Assembly (NCBI GenBank): GCA_043228905.1
Contig: JBHGNT010000005.1
Location: forward strand, 7,936,001-8,000,000
Direction of reading: 5' to 3'
Origin: Azolla caroliniana
Taxonomy: Eukaryota > Plantae > Polypodiophyta
DNA length: 64,000 bases
Of this stretch, positions 26,918 through 37,715 are shown in pieces. Position 1 is the first letter of the stretch. Each line of letters starts with the position of its first letter. The translations under genes and the position numbers were made by a program. The notes beneath the pieces are model-generated. The model saw only the letters and a list, made by a program, of their open reading frames with translations. It did not search any database and had not been told where the DNA came from.

Positions 26918-29900
26918 CTACCGAACCAGAGACAGGAGCTCTCTCTCTTTCACTTGCTCTCGGTTGAAGCTTGATGACCGAACGACGGAAGGGGGACCCT
27001 CTGCTCGCGTCAGATGCCCGCGTGCTCCCAACCAGAGGTTCACCTTACTGTGTGTGTTTGCTCAAGAGCTCGAAGCTTGGTCACGGGACCATACCGGTTG
27101 TTTCCCTACGCTTCATGCACACGTTCTATCTATTAGTGTTAATCTACTGCATCGTTTTACGTTGCTATTCTACTCAAGACTCTATCACCGACTCTGGTCC
27201 GGTTGTAATCGCTTACTGCACTACACGCCCATTTGCTTTAATATAACTTACCTCGTTAATCTGAGTTGCTCGCGGTGTCTCTATCTTGTCGCGACGTGTC
27301 GGGCCGGAAACACACGATTCTCTCTCCGCTACTCTTCTCTGTCTACCCACGGTCTCTGTGTTCACACGAAGTGCGGACTTCTTCCCCTCACTTCCTGATT
27401 CCTTGGTTCAAGACCCCCGTGGTCCTACCCCATCTACGCATCCACGCGGAATACCGTGACACTGCTTGTAAAACATGGGTCTCTGTCAAAGATGATTATT
27501 TTGAGCAACCCATGATACTTCAAAATGTATTTAAAGAAAAGATGAGCCACATGATTCGTTGTTAGAGGTGTTTTAGCCGGTATGAAATGTGCTTGCTTGG
27601 AGAAGAAATCCACGACCACCATCAATATGTTGTGTCCCCGGGATGGAGGAAGATCCCCGATGAAATCCATGCTAATCACGTCCCATGGCCTAGTTTGAAT
27701 CGGTATTTGTTGCAAAAGTCCAAGTGCTTTCCCTCTCCTCGCTTTCACTGCCTAGCATACCTTGCATGTATGTACATAATTGATAATCTCTTCTTCTAGT
27801 CTCGGCCACATGAAATACTTTTTTACGGCCAATAGTGTCCATTTTTGCCCTCCATGTTCCGCCAGATGTCCATTATGCAATTCTTTTAGGATCTTGGCCT
27901 TTAATTGCATGTCGTTAGGTATTACCACCCTCTTTTGACTCCATAATAAGCCCTCACGTAGCCTATACATTCCTTGTGTTGTCCTGCCACTTTCCACGTC
28001 CTCTTTGAGCTGTCAAGTTCTCACATCCCGCTCTTGAGTTTGCCGTATCTCCTCATCCATCCATGCTTGGCTGGTGATTACTGATATGTGTTGTATCTGA
28101 GGCATCATGCTCAGTGTGTTAGGTAATGTATGTAGCTTACCTTTTTTATGTATGATTTCCAAATCGAATTCTGCCAATAGGTCTTGCCACCTCATTTGTT
28201 TTGCTGATAATCGTGGTTGTGATTGGAAGTATTTTAGGGAGATATTATCTGTTATTGCTTGTGTGAACTTATCTTGTACATAATGCCTCCATTTCCGAAG
28301 AGCGTATACTATGGCCAACATCTCCTTCTCGTGTGTCGGTCACCTACTCTCTACTTCCGAAAAAGTTTTGGAATCGTATGCAATTGGGTGTCCGTCCTGA
28401 AATAGCACGACCCCATATGCTTGATCAGATGCATCGGAGTGGATTTCGAATGGTTTCGTGAAATCGGGTAATTAGAGCACCGATTGTGAGCATACGACAT
28501 CTTTTAATTTATCGAATGCAGCTTGTTCTCTTGTTGTCCATTTGAACATTTGAGCACCTCTAATGAGATCCGTTAGTGGGGCTACCATTTCACTAAAGTT
28601 CCTAATGAATTTCCTAACATATTGTACAATTCCTAGAAATTGTTGTACCTCTATTATCTTGTTAGGTCGTGGCCATTTTCTTACTGCTTCAACGTTCGTT
28701 GCATCCATTTTTAGTCCATCCCTTCCTATTCGGAACCCAAGGAACTCTATTTCCTCTACAACAAACTCACATTTTTCTAGCTTGGCGAATAACTTATGTT
28801 CTCTTAGTCATTCTAAGACCTGAGTGACATGTAGCTTGTGTTCTTCCAATGATTTGCTAAAATTTAGCAAATTGTCAATGTATATTATTACAAACTTATC
28901 TAGATAGTCGCGGAAAAGATCATTCCCAAGCCTACAAAAGGTCCCCGATGCTCCAGTTAATCCAAAGCTCATGACCAACCACTCAAAACTTCCATATCTA
29001 GTACAAAATGTTGTTTTCTCAATGTCTTCTGCTGTTATCCAGATTTGATGGTATCCGGAGCGCAAATTGATTCGAGAGAAATATTGGGCGCCTTGTAATT
29101 GATCGAGTAAATCAGCTATTACAAGTACAGGATACTTACTCTTTATTGTAATTTTGTTCAAAGCCTTATAATCCATGCACAATCTCATTGTGCCATCCTT
29201 CTTTGCTACAAAAATTACCAATGCACCATAAGGAGAATTGCTCGGCCGAATGAAGGCACGGTCTTCCAATTCTTGTAATTTCTTCTTTAACTCTTCCAAC
29301 TATGTTGCATTCATTCGGTAGGGAGCTTTCGCGGGTGGCATGCTTCCCAGAACAAGAGGAATTTGATGATCAATTGATCGTTGTGGCGGAAGTGTCTTCG
29401 GCAACTCCTTTGTTAACACATCACTAAATTGATTGAGTATTTCATGAAAACTATCATCACCCAAACATACCTTTTTCAAGTCTTGATTTTCTTGTATTCT
29501 TTTGTGCAAGGAGGTACATAAAAAAAGTTTCCCGCCTTTCTTTAGGGCTTTACTTGCAACCTTGGCTGAGCATAGTTGCACGTGCAAAGAGGCAATTTTG
29601 GCCTTCTGATTTGTAACCCTCTCTTCCTTATGCCTATACATGTTTACAATGATGCCACCTTTTCCATCCTCATTGTCTAGCAACAGTTTATCTACCTTTT
29701 TCCCAAACTAGGAGATGACATACTTGTCCACCCATTCCAAACCCAAAATTACATCAAAGTTATCCATGTCTACCTAGAGAAAGGTTGTTTGACCCTTCCA
29801 ATCTCCAGCTTCTACCTTAACATCTTCAACTATTGAGCACGCATTTGTGAATCCCTGGAGAAAATTGATTGCAAGATTTCGTAGAGGTTGTGGTTTCAAG

Positions 29901-31303
29901 CCAAATTTCCTTGCACACATTGGTGTTATGAAATTATGTGTTGTGCCATTATCGATCATAGCTTCGCACGTGTACCCATTGATTTCAACTTGTAAAAATA
30001 AGTTGCTTGTGTTGCTTAGCCTTGCATTAAGGTAGATAGGTTGTGCTCTAATTGCTCCAGCTTGAATTATGGTTTCATCTACGTCATCCTCATACTGAGT
30101 TATCGTTGCATCTGCTTCCCACTCGGTTCCTTCCTCGCCTTCGGCTACCTCAAGTTGGGAAAAAGCAGCTCTCACCTGAAATTGTTTCTTTATTGGGCAT
30201 TCTGATGCAAGGTGCGGACCACCACACTCGAAACATCCTCACCTCATCACAGGACCATGGGATGATGTTGTCGGGGTATTATTGAGCAGCGGTGTGCCTT
30301 GCCCTATATTGCTCGTCCATCAATTCCACGATGCTTCTCCTCGAGTTAAACCTCTCCCCATCGAGTTCATTGTTGTCATCCAACATCTATTGTTGAAGGT
30401 AGTCGGTTGATTCCCATATGTCGGATGTGTATTTGCTTCGATGTCACTAATTCGTTCTACTAATCACATGGCTTCTTCACATGATTGTGGGTTCACCTTC
30501 TCCACCTCCATCCGAATATGTGGTCTTAAGCTCGACACAAACCCATGAAGCTTGGTGATTGGATGTAGATGGGGTAGTTGTAATACTAATTGATGGTATT
30601 TCTCAATATAGATGGTAAGTTGGCCTTCTCCCTGCTTCAATGCCTTCCACTCATCCATAACGCGTAAATGCTCATTCTGAGGGATAAAGTATTGCCGCAA
30701 CTCTCTTTTGAACTCTGTCTAGGATGCAAATTCGAGAGTGCTTTCTTCGGACGTATACCAGTGTTGCGACGAACCATCTAGAAAACTTGCTGACACCATC
30801 ACCCATCGCTCTGGCTCTACATGACTTTGAACCAGGAATAACTCTATTTCCCTTATCCATCTTGTAAGTTTATGGAGTTCCTTTCTCCTGCATATGTACG
30901 TGGTTTGATTGGTTTGAATGTACCAAGGTTGTTGCGGCAATCTCTGTCATTGCCTAATTCCATTCTTTGGATCAACTCTTCCAATCCCCCTTGTTCGCCT
31001 TCCTCGTGACTTCTTCCTTGCATTTCCATTGTGTTTACTCCTGATCCCTCCTCTTCTCTCAACCATCTCTCCCTTCCTTGCTCCTCCTCGTGATTCCTTA
31101 AGTGATCTGCTTCTTTGATTTCTTGCTCTACTTTGTCTTGTAATGTATTGCTCAGTGAGGTCCCTACCCCTTCATTCATCTCACCTGGGTTGAATACCTT
31201 TCTCATTCTCCTTTTTGCCATGAGTGTGAAATATTTGCTTCTCCCTTTGCTTCCTCTGTTGTGAAACTCAACCCTATGGATCTTATTGTGCTCTGATACC
31301 AAG

Positions 31304-31576
31304 TGTAAGGTTAAGACACAGAAATTTAAGGAGATAAGCTATATTAATTTTGGAAATCCCCAAACTAGTACTTATGGAATTATCACTAATAGTTATTGAA
31401 AACCAGAGCACATTTCCCCTTCCCAAACATGGGAGGCCCCCTTTTCTAGGAAGATGAGGTTTATTAAATAACCTACCTAGGAATGAGGAATAGGGATCGC
31501 TTCATGATTGAAACGATTCCTCTTCTTTTATATATTCATATTAATGAAGGGCTTCTTTATTTTAACCGTTGTAACA
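31304..31576 (-). repeat. 5' LTR of the chromovirus
   Basis: Follows GCTCTGATACCA (PBS on the minus strand) and matches 13785-14055. Confidence 0.92.
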
Positions 31577-32489
31577 CGTTATTTAATTTTTAGTCTATTA
31601 AATATATTCTTTTACGAAATTGTAATGATAAGATTCTATTTTGACTCTAGCATGACACATGTCGGAGCAAGGATGATGTACCCACGTCTATTCAATGTCT
31701 CGTTGTTTCTTGGTGACATTCCTTCATGGGGGTCTATGTGGTTCCTTATAGAAAATAGAGTTCGGGATTGATATTTTGTTAGTAGTAAATAGACCATCCC
31801 ATTTGCAAGGTCTTTATGGCTATAATGTATGCATATATATGACTCATGAGTAAAATTATGCTCTCAAATTTATTGGCATATTATTAGCTTATATTTTTTT
31901 ACTTATCCACATTGATCCACATTGGTTTCTCTATAGGTATTTGTGGCCATTTCTCTTATTTGTTTTTTAATTATGTTGCCATCGACATGTTTGTGGGTAT
32001 CATTGATGTGTGTGTGTGTGGGTGGCAAAAGGTGAATCAAAACAAGGCAAAGATGTTATGTATGTACTGACCCAACAATAAGGAAGAAGAAGAAGAAGAC
32101 AAACCTCTTTATTGTTGGGTCGGCACATACACAAAATCTTTGCCGTGTTTTGAGTCACCAACTCTAGAAAGAAGTAGAATAGGTAAACCCTTCACTTTTA
32201 CCACAAAGAAACAATAAACCTCCTCTCTTAAAGAAGAATAACAAACCTTAAATCTCCACACCCAAAAAACAAATTTAAGGATTTTTTTCCCCAATAGTTT
32301 AACCGCCATCTTTAATTTAGATTAGATCAGATTTAAACAATACACCACACAACTCATACACGAACAAAAAAATGTGATTTTATTTATTGAAGTACATATT
32401 AACTTATGCATAGGATATCTAGTGTCTCGTGAATTTGCGAGCCACATTGCTTTTGTATTCTCCCCTACACATAAGATATTGTGTTTTCT

Positions 32490-32491
<2 letters not shown>

Positions 32492-32552
<61 letters not shown>
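32492..32552. repeat. Compound microsatellite (TC)n(TA)n
   Basis: Directly visible. Confidence 0.95.
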
Positions 32553-32553
<1 letters not shown>

Positions 32554-33290
32554 GGCTATTTTAGAGGTATTTATATTCATTCAAAGAGGAAAGGTGTGGG
32601 CATTAAAACTTATACTTTATGCTAATTTAAAAATGGCATTTAAAAATGGGCAAATCCCTCATAGCTTCACATTCTTTGCCACTAACAACATGATTGCATA
32701 CACAAGTTCTGATTTGTTGAATAGACGTCATAATTCTATATTAATGTCTAATGTATGGAAAGGGTGCAGTAAGAGAAGTTCATTGAGATATCAGACAAAA
32801 GATAGACCTTAGACAAACACCCATGTACTCCAAAATGGTTGGGGATATGTTATAAATCATGATAAAGTTATAACATGGTGCAACATGAAAATGCAAATGA
32901 AAAGCATTCAAGAAAGTCATTTTCTCATGCATAAACAAATGTTTCTAGCCAAGCACATACGTTACAAAAGCATCACGAAATGTAATTAAAGGCAAAATTT
33001 TGGTTTAATAAGTAAAATAATCAAAAACATTTGCATGAGTAGAAAAGACTTATTCAAACAAAGTGAAGAATTTGACAAGCAACTCAGCAATTTCTCCAAA
33101 CACAAGAGAAAACACGTACATGTGCTCAATTTTGTGGAAACTTGAAAGGAAATGTGTTGAGAGTTATACTTTACATCTTTTATGGAATTTTGTATACATT
33201 GTAAGAACTTATATGAGTAATGGGTGAGTTCAAAATTGACCTCTAAGTATGATATTTCTCTCTCTATAACTACCTTTATCTCGCCCCCCC

Positions 33291-33538
33291 TTGGTTTGGT
33301 GTAAACACGTCATAAATTTGACGAAAGTAGAGCTTCATCCTTGCCAAGGGCTAGGCCCCATCCCATATATGGTGATCACACTTCCATGGAAAAGAAAAAG
33401 ATCTCTCTCTCTCTCTCTCTCTCTTTGTGGTTTAGACTCAGCATCAACGTCATAAATTTTACGGAATCCAAGTTCCATCCTTGCCATAGGCTAGGTCTTG
33501 TCCCACATATCACAATCACTCTCCTATGAATATTAATA

Positions 33539-33583
<45 letters not shown>

Positions 33584-33693
33584 ATTTACACCTCAGTATC
33601 AACGTCATAAATTTGGGAGAACCCAAGTTCCATCCTTGCCATAGGCTAGGTCTTGTCCTACATATCACAATCACTCTCCTATGTATATTAATA

Positions 33694-33750
<57 letters not shown>
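33291..33750. repeat. Three tandem copies of a ~115-bp module separated by (TC)n tracts; more copies at ~38030-38400, ~38885-38950 and ~42535-42610
   Basis: Shared core CAACGTCATAAATTT...CCAAGTTCCATCCTTGCCATAGGCTAGGTCTTGTCC.ACATATCACAATCAC in copies at 33291-33400, 33424-33541 and 33581-33697. Confidence 0.8.
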
Positions 33751-33754
<4 letters not shown>

Positions 33755-34342
33755 AAAACACAATTATATTAACAAATGTGTGTGACAAACACTACTTACA
33801 ATGGGTGGCACAACAATGTATGGTTGCCCAATATACCCACGAACTACATGGGTAGTGGAACATGTTGATTTGCCAATAGGCAAGATGAACACTCCATTGA
33901 GGAATGAATTTCCACTTGCTCCAATAAAGAAAATTGTCACATTAATATTCCCTTCAACTTTTGTAGATATGCATTCACTCCATGTTTACCATCAAATACA
34001 AAAGCATTGTGCATATCCCAATTATGACAAATCCCCAATATCTCGGAAATAGGAAAACGATCTCCATCTCTAATTTTGGGCCAATCTATCTAAATTGAGC
34101 AAACATCCACTATCTAGGCGTCAAATAACATCGTGATAAAACTTGCCAAATTTGAGATACGTAACTCCAAAGTTGACAAGCAATTGCACTTGGACATTGT
34201 ATAAACTATGAGTGTTATCTTCCATTTGAACAAAAGAAACAATTGCCCATTGCTAGTCCATGTCGCGTCGTTGCTTTAGAGTTAATCCCAAAGGCAAATC
34301 CCCCCATCAAAACTCTCCAAATGAAGAGGTTTGCTACGAGTG

Positions 34343-34347
<5 letters not shown>
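33751..34347 (-). mobile_element. 5'-truncated LINE copy (zf-RVT plus 3' UTR) flanked by (TC)n on both sides
   Basis: Homologous to 34614-35210 and 57350-57920. (TC)n at 33698-33750 and 34348-34396. Confidence 0.85.
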
Positions 34348-34396
<49 letters not shown>

Positions 34397-34399
<3 letters not shown>

Positions 34400-34602
34400 A
34401 ATTAGGTTACCCTAATGGTAAGTTGTTACACCACAAGCACTGTGTCTTGGGTTCAAAACCCAATTTCCTCACCTCTCTATTATATACTTCATACATATGT
34501 CTTAATTCACTAGATGCCAACATGGAATGTAATGGTTGAATCCATGACCTCCTTGTCTCCATTTGGCAACCTTACCAACTGAACTACATTCATCTGGGCA
34601 AA
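34397..34602 (-). mobile_element. tRNA-derived SINE-like element; further copies at 38970-39350 (tandem partials), 41094-41275 and 42450-42512
   Basis: Minus strand has A box GTAGTTCAGTTGGTAAG and B box GGTCATGG(A/G)TTCAACC. The 3' end ...CTAATTACAA abuts (GA)n. Confidence 0.7.
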
Positions 34603-34613
34603 CTCTCTCTCTT

Positions 34614-36986
34614 TTGTTTAGTGAAAACACACAATTATATTAATAAATGTATGTAAAAAACACTACTTACAATGGGTGTGACAATGGAATATGGTCACCC
34701 ACTAACTAAACTACTTGGGTAGTGGAACATGTTGAATTGCCAAATAGGCAAGAGGAACACTCCACTGAAGAAAGAATTTTCACTTGCCCCAATAAAGAAA
34801 ATTGCCATATTAGTACTCCCTTCAACTTTCGAAGATATGTTTTCACCCCATGTCTACCATCGAATACAAAAGTGTTGCGCATGTTCCAAATATGACGCAA
34901 TCCCCAATATCTCAAAAATAGAAAAACGATCTCCATCTCTGATTTTGGGTCAACTTGTGTAAATTGTGCAAACACCCATTGTCTAGGTGTCAAATAACAC
35001 CGTGATAAAACTTGCCAAATTTGAGAAATGTAACTCCAAATCTGACAAGCAATCGAACATTGTATAAATTGATGAGTAATATCTTCCATTTGAATAGTGC
35101 AAAAAAAGCAATTACATGTTGCTAGTCCACGATGCTTTAGAGCTAATCCCAAAGGCAATCCTCCAATCAAAACTCTCCAAATGAAGACCTTTGCTACAAG
35201 TGGCAATTTAGAATGCCAACTACGTTGTAAGATCTACCACCACCCATGATCATATTTGTGTATTTTCCATTATTCTTCAGCCTTAGATGATAGCCATCCA
35301 AGAAACTCAACAGAGCAATGATACAAAAGATTTGTAGTCACTTGTAACGATGATGTTTGACCCTGTAAACACCAATCAAACCATGGTTGTTGTCCTGTTT
35401 GTAGAGGTAAGGAACCTTGCATCAATGGAATATTTTGTAGTTGTTGCCAAATAAACCCACAATTAGGTGGAATGCATAATAATTGTCAAGCTTCAACAAA
35501 TTCCAAAATTCTTTGAGATGGAGCCTCAACTATATCTCCCAACTCTTTGACCCCCAAACGAAACAAACGATTAAATTGAGAGTGCAATCTCTCCTTTCTT
35601 GGCCAACATAATAACCGAGAAGACACAATCAAGTCTTTTTGCAAAGAATTACAATGCTCTCTACTAGTTGATGGTTTCCATACACATAACAATAGTGCTT
35701 CTTGCCATGAGGTAACCAAGTGTTGAACACATATAGAGCCCGGAATCCTAAGTGAAATACATCCATTCAGTAATTGCCATCATGAAGACTTAATCATTTT
35801 CCACCCATGTGTTAAACCCTTATTCTCAATGAAATATTGAACAATTTATATCCATGGTTGTGAGTTTGAACACATGTCTTGTAATAATGAAAATATACGA
35901 GCCATCATATGCATAGATAAGTTAAATATTCCAACTCCCCCCAAGCGCTTAGGGGTTGCTAGATGATTCCATGCAACCCAAGTGATTCCCATCTTATCCC
36001 TCTTCTTCCACAACAAATATCAAAGAGGTTGCAAAACAGAATGCAACGCCTTGTTTGTCCATGGCAACAATGGCAAGTAATATAATATCATGGGTTCCAT
36101 AATACATTGTACAACCTTCAAGCATACATGTAATGGCCAAGATTGTGACTTCCAATACATGAACTTATCCCTCAACTTACTAGACATCCATTCAATCAAT
36201 TGACCATTTGTAACATTCATTCCTAATTGGATAGCCCAAGTGTCGAAAAATAGATCCTTTCTTCACCACGGATCCTTGCCATCCTAAACATTCCAAATCC
36301 CTTTTAGTACATGATATGCGACTAGACTTCCTCCAATTAATATGTAATCCGGAAGCCAATGTAACTTGGTTTCATACAAGCATCCCCTTCTCAAGATTCT
36401 CTAGTGAGGCTTGTAGAAACATGAAAGAATCATTGGGCAAAGCTTGTGCTACTAGTTGCCCTCTAGACGGAAGGTGTAGACCCACAATGTCACCATTTGT
36501 TGCAAGCCTTGATCGCATTACTAACAAGGGATGAGTAACAATAGCAAACAACAATGGGCTAAGAGGGCATCCTTGACGAACGGATCTTGTGAGGGCAATA
36601 TCTGATGTAACTCCCCCATTAAGCATTACTCGAGACAACATCTTGTCCTAATAAAAATATAAGGCAAGACATATGAGGTCCAAAGCCCATTGTATGCACT
36701 AACCCAAAAACAAAGGACCAATTAACATGATCATAAGCTTTCTCCAAATCTAATTGCGTCATAATCAATTCTTGATGAGTGTTTTGAGCATAATCCATGG
36801 TCATTCTTAAAACCGTGCCCACCTCATCCTCAGTGAAATCCTCATCCAATTCATGACTAATGAGGCCATGCACAATACATCCAACCACATCATAAAATTC
36901 ATGACGTGCTCTACTCACCTCATTTGTCATTAACAATTGTGGGCCAATCAACTCCGTAAAGTAATGAACACATGTCAATTATTGTT

Positions 36987-36993
<7 letters not shown>
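34614..36993 (-). mobile_element. 5'-truncated LINE copy (RT and zf-RVT) flanked by (TC)n
   Basis: QLDLEKAYDHVNWSF, RSVRQGCPLSPLLFA, PKRLGG and CFFC...HQFIQC. Internal deletion near 36810. (TC)n at 34603-34611 and 36994-37038. Confidence 0.9.
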
Positions 36994-37038
<45 letters not shown>

Positions 37039-37041
<3 letters not shown>

Positions 37042-37715
37042 AAAAGCACACAATTATATTAATTGTATGTAAAATCCACTTAGTTACAACACTTCTTAAA
37101 ATCATCTCTACCTATCATATGCCTATGTAGGGAGAGGAGCGTCCTGCAATGCCATTAAAAAACCTGAATATGCATTTGAGGAAATGATCCCCATATGCTC
37201 TAACATCCAAAAAATCCACATGAGAATACCTTTCAGCTACTTTATGTAGGCTTTCACCCCATGTCTATTATCAAACATGAAAGCCTTACGCATATTCCAA
37301 TTGTGTTGTAGTCCCCAATAACGTAAAAATTAGAACAATATCTCCATTTCATCATTTGAACCATTTTGAACATATTGAGAAAAAACCCATTGTTGAGGTC
37401 TCAAATAACAACAGGTTAAAACTTGCCAAATGTTCGATAAGTACTTCCAAACGGTACATGTTATAGGACATTTAATGAACCTATGTGTACCCTTTGCACA
37501 AAATGGTAGATGGGAATGCCAACCGCATTGTAATATTTTCCACCACCTTGCATTTGACTACATTCCACAACTTCTTTGCTTTAGGAGATAGCCAAGATAA
37601 TGACGTCATTGCATGAAGATACAATATATTTGTAGTGACCTGTAAGAAGCGTGTACCATCTTATAGTTACCGCCAATCCACCCAAGGTGCACCATTTGTT
37701 TTTTCAATTGCAAAG
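37039..37715 (-). mobile_element. 5'-truncated LINE 3' end, close relative of 57150-57920
   Basis: The reverse complement matches the 3' end of the full-length LINE (GTTGTAACTAAGTGGATTTTACATACAATTAATATAATTGTGTGCTTTTACC) and abuts (GA)n directly. Confidence 0.85.

Larger units (their letters stand above)
14919..27461 (+). mobile_element. Non-chromovirus Ty3/gypsy retrotransposon with tRNA-Trp PBS and 4-bp TSD, inserted in the chromovirus integrase
   Basis: 5' LTR 14919-15711 (TGTC...GACA). 3' LTR 21275-27461, split by a copia. PBS TGGTGAACCCGACGTGAA at 15716-15733. Gag ~15760-17400, PR ALIDHGLEINLM (~17470), RT (DLYSGYDQ, LPQGGTNS, FLDY), RNase H (VDTSPTGIG, DMLSR), INT (HRGTWATF..CESCQ, ADRGE). 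Flanks CCGT/CTGC restore host codons F-T-S-G-F-W with a 4-bp duplicated CCGC. Multiple stops. Confidence 0.92.
13785..31576 (-). mobile_element. Chromovirus-type Ty3/gypsy retrotransposon (host of nested insertions at 14919-27461)
   Basis: LTRs at 13785-14055 and 31304-31576 (TGTAA...TAACA), TSD TGTTA/CGTTA, tRNA-Met PBS at 31290-31301. Gag with CFECGGPHLASEC (~30200), PR (AMIDNGTTHNFI), RT (28808-29299), RNase H (28013-28470), INT (27462-27997 and 14356-14914), and a chromodomain YEPKAILK...HFLVKWQG...TSWVTEEAL (~14150-14275). Confidence 0.95.

Noticed and set aside
32040-32370. Possible first exon or promoter of a minus-strand gene (MAVKLLGK...)
   Set aside because: No family motif and no supportable downstream exons.
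33291-33750. Repeat-spacer appearance suggestive of a CRISPR array
   Set aside because: Eukaryotic context, the units are long and diverged, the 'spacers' are microsatellites, and there are no cas genes.
33516-33788. ORFs with (RE)n or (SL)n runs (also 36920, 42254, 42287)
   Set aside because: These are translations of (GA)n/(TC)n microsatellites.
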